64,000 nt of DNA from Candidatus Kapaibacterium sp. (GTDB lineage: Bacteria; Bacteroidota; Ignavibacteria; Kapaibacteriales; UBA2268), in contig OY762428.1 in NCBI GenBank assembly GCA_963665665.1, forward strand, positions 2,048,001 to 2,112,000, read 5' to 3'. How positions within the stretch are numbered: position 1 is the first letter of the stretch; each line of letters begins with the position of its first letter. The position numbers and the translations under genes were made by a program. Positions 57,629 through 64,000 of the stretch are shown here, piece after piece. The notes beneath the pieces are model-generated. The model saw only the letters and a program-made list of their open reading frames with translations. It was not told the origin of the DNA and did no database searches.

Positions 57629-58606
57629 ATGGATAAAAAAATACTTGTAACCGGGGCCGGAGGTTTTATTGGATCGCATCTGACGGAATTGTTAGTAAAA
57701 AAGGGATATGCTGTTAAGGCATTTACACACTACAATTCAAAAAATTCCTGGGGGTGGCTGGATTATAATAAAGTAACTAATAATATTGAAGTTGTTTCCG
57801 GCGATATAAGGGATTTTGATTCTGTAAGAAAGGCAGCTTCGGGATGTAGCCAGGTTTTTCATCTTGCAGCGCTTATTGGTATTCCTTATTCTTATGAATC
57901 TCCGCTGGCATATATCAAAACCAATATCGAAGGAACATATAATGTTCTCCAGGCTGCCAGGGAATTGGAATATGAAAATATTATGCTTACTTCTACAAGC
58001 GAAACTTACGGAACCGCTCAATATATTCCAATTGACGAAGACCACCCGATGGTAGGGCAGTCCCCTTATTCAGCTACAAAAATTTCGGCCGATCATATCG
58101 GTTTAAGTTTTTACCGCTCCTTTGATATGCCGGTTAAAGTTGTCAGGCCTTTCAATACTTATGGTCCCAGGCAATCAGCAAGGGCTATTATACCAACAAT
58201 AATATCGCAAATCCTGTCAGGAAAAAAGAAAATTAAACTTGGCAACCTTCATCCTACCCGCGACCTGACCTTTGTTAAGGATACAGCAAAAGGATTTTAT
58301 GAAATATCACTGAATGATGAACTTAACGGGGAAATAACCAATATCGGTATGAATAATGAGATCAGTATGAAAGATCTTGTTGACAAAATAGTAGAGTTAA
58401 TGAAAAGCGATATTGAAATAGAATCTGATTCTGACAGGATCAGGCCCGAAAAAAGCGAAGTTGAAAGACTGTATTGCGATAATAGTAAAATAAAAAAATA
58501 TACTAACTGGAAGCCTGATTATAATTTGACTTCCGGGCTTGAAGAGACTATAATCTGGATAAAAGAAAATTTAAAATTATATAAGGCAAATATATATAAT
58601 GTATAA
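57629..58606 (+). CDS. NDP-GlcNAc 4,6-dehydratase (LegB-like)
   Basis: TGAGGFIGSHL, HLAALIGIPYSY, STSETYG, GQSPYSATK, RPFNTYGPRQSARA, RPEKSEV.RL. Confidence 0.88.
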   Translation: MDKKILVTGAGGFIGSHLTELLVKKGYAVKAFTHYNSKNSWGWLDYNKVTNNIEVVSGDIRDFDSVRKAASGCSQVFHLAALIGIPYSYESPLAYIKTNIEGTYNVLQAARELEYENIMLTSTSETYGTAQYIPIDEDHPMVGQSPYSATKISADHIGLSFYRSFDMPVKVVRPFNTYGPRQSARAIIPTIISQILSGKKKIKLGNLHPTRDLTFVKDTAKGFYEISLNDELNGEITNIGMNNEISMKDLVDKIVELMKSDIEIESDSDRIRPEKSEVERLYCDNSKIKKYTNWKPDYNLTSGLEETIIWIKENLKLYKANIYNV

Positions 58607-59729
58607 TATACCTTTATTTGACCTGAATTTCAATGATGATGAAATAAATGCAGTAGTTGAAACTATTAAATCAAAATGGATTTCTACAGGTCCAAGATGT
58701 GAAGAGTTTGAAAATAAGTTTTCGGAGATGTTGGGAAGTAAATATGCTTTATCATCTACAAATTGTACTGTAAGCTTGCATCTTGCATTAAAAGTAGCCG
58801 GTATTGTGGAAAATGATGAAGTCATTTGCCCATCACTTACTTTTGTAGCAACAGTAAATGCCATTAGATACTTGAATGCAATTCCAGTTTTTGCTGACAT
58901 CAAAAGTTATAATGATTTAACAATTGATCCTATTGATATTGAAAAGAAAATCACTTCAAAAACAAAAGCAATTGTTGTAATGCATTATGGTGGATTTGCC
59001 TGTGATATGGATGCTATTATGAAAATTGCAAAAAAAAATAATTTGAAAGTGATTGAAGATGCATGCCATGGACCTTTGAGTGAATATAAAGGCAATAAAT
59101 TGGGCACAATCGGTGATATTGGATGTTTTAGTTTTTTTAGTAATAAAAATATCAGCACCGGAGAAGGTGGTATGATGATTACTAATAAAGAAGAGTATTT
59201 TAATAATGCAAAATTATTGCGTTCACACGGAATGACTACAATGTCTTACGAAAGAGCTAAAGGTCATTCCACAGGGTATGATGTAGTGAAATTAGGGTAT
59301 AACTATAGAATGGATGATATTAGAGCTTCTATTGGTATTGTTCAACTTGATAAATTGAAAGAGGATTTATTAAAAAGGAAATATGTTAGGAAATGGTACA
59401 TTTCTAATCTAAAAGAAAATAATAATATTATCATACCATTTGAACAAAATTCTGATTTTCCTTCAAATTACATTTTCTCAATAACATTAAAAAATTCTGA
59501 TTATAAAAAAAGAGACATAATAAGAGAGAAACTATCTGAGGCAGGTATTCAAACAAGTATTCATTATCCGGCAGTACATCGTTTTTCAATTTATGAAGAA
59601 TACTATTCGGATTTACCTGTTACAGATTATGTTACAGATAATCTTATAACGTTACCGATGTTTGGTAATTTGAAGAAAGAAGAAGTAGAGTATATTTGTG
59701 AGAGAATAAGGATTATGCAATATGAATAA
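58599..59729 (+). CDS. DegT/DnrJ/EryC1/StrS aminotransferase
   Basis: IEDACH, FSFFSNKNISTGEGG, GYNYRM. Confidence 0.93.
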   Translation: MYNIPLFDLNFNDDEINAVVETIKSKWISTGPRCEEFENKFSEMLGSKYALSSTNCTVSLHLALKVAGIVENDEVICPSLTFVATVNAIRYLNAIPVFADIKSYNDLTIDPIDIEKKITSKTKAIVVMHYGGFACDMDAIMKIAKKNNLKVIEDACHGPLSEYKGNKLGTIGDIGCFSFFSNKNISTGEGGMMITNKEEYFNNAKLLRSHGMTTMSYERAKGHSTGYDVVKLGYNYRMDDIRASIGIVQLDKLKEDLLKRKYVRKWYISNLKENNNIIIPFEQNSDFPSNYIFSITLKNSDYKKRDIIREKLSEAGIQTSIHYPAVHRFSIYEEYYSDLPVTDYVTDNLITLPMFGNLKKEEVEYICERIRIMQYE

Positions 59730-60327
59730 TATTGTTATAATTGTTGGAGCTTTTCATGAAATAATTGAATTAATTGAAGATGAAAACTTAGATATTTATG
59801 GATTAATTGATAATTATAAAGAAGGTAATTATCGGGGATATAAAATTTTAGGTAAGGATTGTGATGCATACAAAATAGAAAAAAATTATCCGCTGATAAT
59901 CACACCTGATAAACCTGATTTACGATTGAAACTATCCACTTACTATAAGAGTCTTGGTTTTGATTTTTTTTCTTTGATTTCAAGCAAATCAAAAATTTCA
60001 TTATCTGCCAAAATTGGTGCTGGCACAATAATTCAATTTGATGTAAATATTTCTTCTGATAGTTTAATAGGAGATTTTGTAAAATTAAACACAAAATGCA
60101 ATATTATGCATAACGCTACAATAGGCGATTATACCACTATTGCACCAAATGCAGTGATACTCGGGAATGTTGCCATTGGGAAATGTTGTTATATTGGTTC
60201 AAATTCTACTGTTTTGCCAAATATTTCAATTTGTGACAATGTAATAATTGGTGCAGGTGGAGTAGTTACAAAAAACATTTCCGAAGCGGGCACATATGTA
60301 GGAAATCCTGTGAGCGGAATTAAATGA
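59722..60327 (+). CDS. NeuD/PglD-like hexapeptide acetyltransferase
   Basis: Hexapeptide repeats; GAGGVVTKN...GTYVGNP. Confidence 0.88.
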   Translation: MNNIVIIVGAFHEIIELIEDENLDIYGLIDNYKEGNYRGYKILGKDCDAYKIEKNYPLIITPDKPDLRLKLSTYYKSLGFDFFSLISSKSKISLSAKIGAGTIIQFDVNISSDSLIGDFVKLNTKCNIMHNATIGDYTTIAPNAVILGNVAIGKCCYIGSNSTVLPNISICDNVIIGAGGVVTKNISEAGTYVGNPVSGIK

Positions 60328-61085
60328 AAATTAATGAAATATATCGGTTTGCTGATTTTACTTTGAGTAATTATAAAAAGTTAATACAGTTAGCAAAAGA
60401 AAAATTTTCTTTAAAAAAATATACAAATTTCTCAAATAAATCAAATGAAATTATCTGGCGACATGATGTTGAATTTTCTGCCACCATTTCTTTAGAAATG
60501 GCTAAGATGGAAGCTAAACTTGGAATAGAAGCTATTTATTTTGTAAATATCCATAGCGAATTTTATAGTTTTTTTGAGAAAAGTACATTTAATGAGATTA
60601 AAAATATTTTAGATTTAGGTCATCATATTGGTCTTCATTTTGATTGTCATTTCTATGATATTCAAACATTAGAAGAACTTGAAAATAATATTAATTTCGA
60701 AAGAGAATTATTAGAAAATGTATTGGGAATTACTATAGACTCGTTTTCTTACCATAATACAACTCCTGAAATATTAAATTGGAATGATGAAAAGATTGCC
60801 GGATTGATAAATGTGTATTCTAAGTATTTTAGAGAAGAAGTTGATTATTGTACTGATTCAACCGGAATATGGAGATATGATAGATTAGAAGATAAATTGC
60901 TCGAAAAAAGGAATTGTGGATTGCAGGTATTAACTCATGATGGTATGTGGCAAGATAAACCGTTGTCTCCAAGAAAAAGGGTTTTTCAATGTATTGATGA
61001 TAGAGCTATTCAAACAAAAGAATATTATGACATGATATTAAAGAAACATAATCAAAAAAATGTAGATGATGATGTGGTATTATAA
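60324..61085 (+). CDS. polysaccharide deacetylase-like protein
   Basis: RHDVE, GHHIGLHFD, SYHN, DS.G.W. Confidence 0.75.
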   Translation: MKINEIYRFADFTLSNYKKLIQLAKEKFSLKKYTNFSNKSNEIIWRHDVEFSATISLEMAKMEAKLGIEAIYFVNIHSEFYSFFEKSTFNEIKNILDLGHHIGLHFDCHFYDIQTLEELENNINFERELLENVLGITIDSFSYHNTTPEILNWNDEKIAGLINVYSKYFREEVDYCTDSTGIWRYDRLEDKLLEKRNCGLQVLTHDGMWQDKPLSPRKRVFQCIDDRAIQTKEYYDMILKKHNQKNVDDDVVL

Positions 61086-62405
61086 ATGAAAAAAAGAATT
61101 AAAGTTGTTTGGATTTGCCATTTTTCTAATGAAGAAATCAGGAATCATTTGCCACTATCAAATTTAATAATCTTTAATAAAATTAAATCATTATTGTGTT
61201 TTTCTAAAACCAACTATAAAGATTTTGCACCTTGGATTACAAGTCAAATTAAGGAATTTGAAAAGTTAGAGAATGTTGAATTGCATATTATTGCACCTCA
61301 TAAAGGATTAAAAAAAAATATTTTTGAATTTGAATTAAGAAACATCAAATATCATTTTTTTAATCCAGATGTATTTTTATATTTTAAAAGTATTTTGGAT
61401 ATATTATTTAAGAATAGAAAAAGAAAATATCTCATTAATCGCTATCTTGTAAATAAAATTATCAAAAAAATTAAACCTGATATTGTAAATTTAATTGGTT
61501 CTGAAAATCCCTACTATTCAATTACGGCTTTGGATATAAAAAATGTTCCGATTTATCTTTCATTACAGACAGTTTATTCAAATCCAATTAGAAAATTACA
61601 CGACAAGAACTTTGATATTCAGCGATGGAATTTGGAACTAAAATTGCATAAAAAAATCCAATATTTTGGCTGTAGTGGAAGAATGTACAGAGATTTGGTA
61701 ATAAAGAATAATCCCAATGCAATTATTTTTAAGCACCATTTTCCAATACAAATACCTTCAAAAGTTAAAAAACTCACAAAGAAATATGATTTTGTTTTTT
61801 TTGCTGCACAATTAACTAATAAAAAAGGAGTTGAAGATGCAATTAGAGCAATGGGTATATTGAAATCAAAGTATGGATATGAGGCTACACTTAATATTTG
61901 TGGTCTAAAGTCTAACAAGTATCTTGAACAATTAGAAGATATAATTAATAAGAATGAGATTAAAGAAAATGTAATCTTCAATGATTATTTTCCAAATCAT
62001 TCTGATTTACATCAGCATTTAAAATATTCAAGATTTGCAATCTTACCATATAAGATGGATGTCATTTCATCTTCAATAATTGAATCAATTTTATTAAGAA
62101 TTCCAGTTGTAGCATATAAAACATCTGGTACTCCTTTTTTAAATTCTAAAAGAGAATCAATTTTACTATCTGAAATTGGAGATATTGACGGTTTGGCTGA
62201 GAATATGTATAAATATCTTGCGGAACCGGAAAATGCAAAGAAATTATCTGAAAATGCATATGAAATTGTAAAAGATGAGTTTGATAATAATAAATCTGCA
62301 AAAAGATTATTAGGCAATTATTTTTCTGTTATTGAGCATTTTCATAATAAAAAACAGATACCAAAAGAACAGTTGTTTGATTTAGAAGAATTCCCCATTT
62401 ATTAA
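61086..62405 (+). CDS. glycosyltransferase family 4-like
   Basis: KKG.EDAI, IIES...IPVV GT-B C-terminal motifs. Confidence 0.8.
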   Translation: MKKRIKVVWICHFSNEEIRNHLPLSNLIIFNKIKSLLCFSKTNYKDFAPWITSQIKEFEKLENVELHIIAPHKGLKKNIFEFELRNIKYHFFNPDVFLYFKSILDILFKNRKRKYLINRYLVNKIIKKIKPDIVNLIGSENPYYSITALDIKNVPIYLSLQTVYSNPIRKLHDKNFDIQRWNLELKLHKKIQYFGCSGRMYRDLVIKNNPNAIIFKHHFPIQIPSKVKKLTKKYDFVFFAAQLTNKKGVEDAIRAMGILKSKYGYEATLNICGLKSNKYLEQLEDIINKNEIKENVIFNDYFPNHSDLHQHLKYSRFAILPYKMDVISSSIIESILLRIPVVAYKTSGTPFLNSKRESILLSEIGDIDGLAENMYKYLAEPENAKKLSENAYEIVKDEFDNNKSAKRLLGNYFSVIEHFHNKKQIPKEQLFDLEEFPIY

Positions 62406-62418
62406 AAGGAATTATGTA

Positions 62419-63321
62419 ATGATAAAACTTGAAGAAATAATTGAATTTATTAAAGATGATATAATTGAGATTTATAATTATAGAAATAATATTGGAATAA
62501 AATATTTAAAAGCACCCGATGATGTAGATGACATTACTTTAGATTGGATTGGAAACAATAATTCAAATAAACAGAAAATGGCAGAAAAATCTAATGCCAA
62601 TGTCATAATTGTAAACAAAGATTTTAAAAATTGTCAAGTATTAACAGAAAAAGTTTTTATAATAGTTGAGAACCCAAAACTAACAATTGCAAAAATTGGT
62701 AATCATTTTCTTGTAAAAAGACCATCAGCTGGCATACACGAAACCGCAATTATTCATCCGGAGGCATTAATAGGTAAAAATGTTTATATTGGACCATATG
62801 CTACCATTGGGAATTCCATTATAGGCGATAATGTACATATCTTTGAAAATATTATCATTTCAGATGAAGTAAAAATAAGTAGTAATGTTATTATTAATTC
62901 TAATGCAATTATTGGTACTGATGGTCTTGGCTGTGAAAGAGAAGATAATAATGAATTAATTACATTTCCTCACTTTGGGTCGGTAATTATTGAGGAAAAC
63001 GTTAATATTGGGGCTTCAACAATTATTGCAAGAGGAGTTTTCAAAAATACAATAATTTGCAAAGGCTCTAAAATAAATGCTGGATGCTTTATTGCACATA
63101 ATGTAAGAATTGGGGAAAATACATGGATTTCTCCTAAAGTTAATATTGCTGGTTCTGTTAATATTAATAAAAATTCAACAATTTTTAGTGGAGCTATAAT
63201 TAGAGAACATATAAAAATTGGAGAAGAAGCAACAATTGGTATGGGTGCTGTTGTTACAAAAAATGTACCTGATGGCGAAACTTGGGTTGGAAATCCTGCA
63301 CGAAAATTGGATAGTTTATGA
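62419..63321 (+). CDS. LpxD-like hexapeptide N-acyltransferase
   Basis: [20 protein letters not shown]...V.IGA, IAHNV.IG, VGNPAR. Confidence 0.85.
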   Translation: MIKLEEIIEFIKDDIIEIYNYRNNIGIKYLKAPDDVDDITLDWIGNNNSNKQKMAEKSNANVIIVNKDFKNCQVLTEKVFIIVENPKLTIAKIGNHFLVKRPSAGIHETAIIHPEALIGKNVYIGPYATIGNSIIGDNVHIFENIIISDEVKISSNVIINSNAIIGTDGLGCEREDNNELITFPHFGSVIIEENVNIGASTIIARGVFKNTIICKGSKINAGCFIAHNVRIGENTWISPKVNIAGSVNINKNSTIFSGAIIREHIKIGEEATIGMGAVVTKNVPDGETWVGNPARKLDSL

Positions 63322-64000
63322 AAAAAGAAATTTTAGAAATATGTATTAATAATAAAGCAACTATTTCAGATGCTCTTAAGCAAATGGATTTTGTCAAACG
63401 TAAGTTATTAATTGTAGTTAATAAAGATAATTCATTTTATAGTGTGTTAAGCATAGGTGATATTCAACGAGCAATCATTAAAAACATTCCATTAAATATG
63501 AATATATCACACATTTTGAGAACTGAAATATCAGTTGCAACTATTAATGATAATATTGAAATTGTAAAGAATAAAATGAAGAAACGGCGTAATGAATTAA
63601 TGCCGATATTAGATAATAATGAAATTGAAGATGTAATATTTTGGGAAGATATTTTTGATAATCAGAATGATAAACCCATTACAAAAATTGATTCTCCTGT
63701 AGTAATAATGGCTGGAGGAAGGGGAACAAGATTAAGACCATTAACAAATGTATTACCCAAACCATTAATTCCGATAAAAGATAAAACATTTATAGAGGAA
63801 ATATTTGATAGTTTTAATAGACAAGGCTGTAATGATTTTTATATTTCTGTTAATTTCAAATCAGATCTAATTGAATATTATCTTAATAAACAAAACTTAG
63901 CATATAACTTGTTCTTTTTTAAAGAAGATAAACCTTTAGGAACTGCCGGTAGTCTATCATTATTGAAAGATAAAATAAAAGAAACCTTTTTTGTAAGTAA
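63318..64000 (+). CDS. CBS-domain sugar-phosphate nucleotidyltransferase (PtmE/LegF-like), partial at window end
   Basis: Manual translation from ATG 63318: [24 protein letters not shown]...SIGDIQRAI...[25 protein letters not shown]. Confidence 0.88.
   Translation, partial: MKKEILEICINNKATISDALKQMDFVKRKLLIVVNKDNSFYSVLSIGDIQRAIIKNIPLNMNISHILRTEISVATINDNIEIVKNKMKKRRNELMPILDNNEIEDVIFWEDIFDNQNDKPITKIDSPVVIMAGGRGTRLRPLTNVLPKPLIPIKDKTFIEEIFDSFNRQGCNDFYISVNFKSDLIEYYLNKQNLAYNLFFFKEDKPLGTAGSLSLLKDKIKETFFVS

Overview
Bacterial chromosome segment, most likely from an FCB-group organism (Ignavibacteria/Kapabacteria-like; inferred from gene content, not from a search). There are three zones. (1) 1-26.8 kb: housekeeping and envelope genes (DUF58, rplU-rpmA, tRNA-Leu-tig-clpP-clpX, PD40/OmpA lipoprotein, PBP1A, ssb, mlaD, murE, prfA), plus a sigma-28-driven flagellar late cluster (fliC-fliS-fliD-flaG-fliT-like-flgM). 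(2) 26.95-37.35 kb: an UpxY/NusG-type antiterminator gene followed by a ~9.5 kb co-directional array of 8 small gene cassettes. These are two AbiEii-type pairs, two small-protein/nucleotidyltransferase pairs, MNT-HEPN, MazEF-like, AlbA_2/Schlafen-HATPase and two ORF6N genes. Each cassette is separated from the next by a 200-400 bp composite palindromic repeat built from shuffled modules, and no integrase or transposase for it lies nearby. (3) 37.36-64 kb: an AT-rich surface-polysaccharide locus with gene scars, an IS3 element, a VNTR-containing membrane protein and the start of a legionaminic-acid-like pathway. The best novel-system candidate is the repeat-delimited toxin-antitoxin/defence cassette array in the leader of the UpxY-associated glycan operon. 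It includes a 16-bp direct repeat flanking one cassette, and an ORF6N pair whose internal palindrome and putative recognition helix co-vary.
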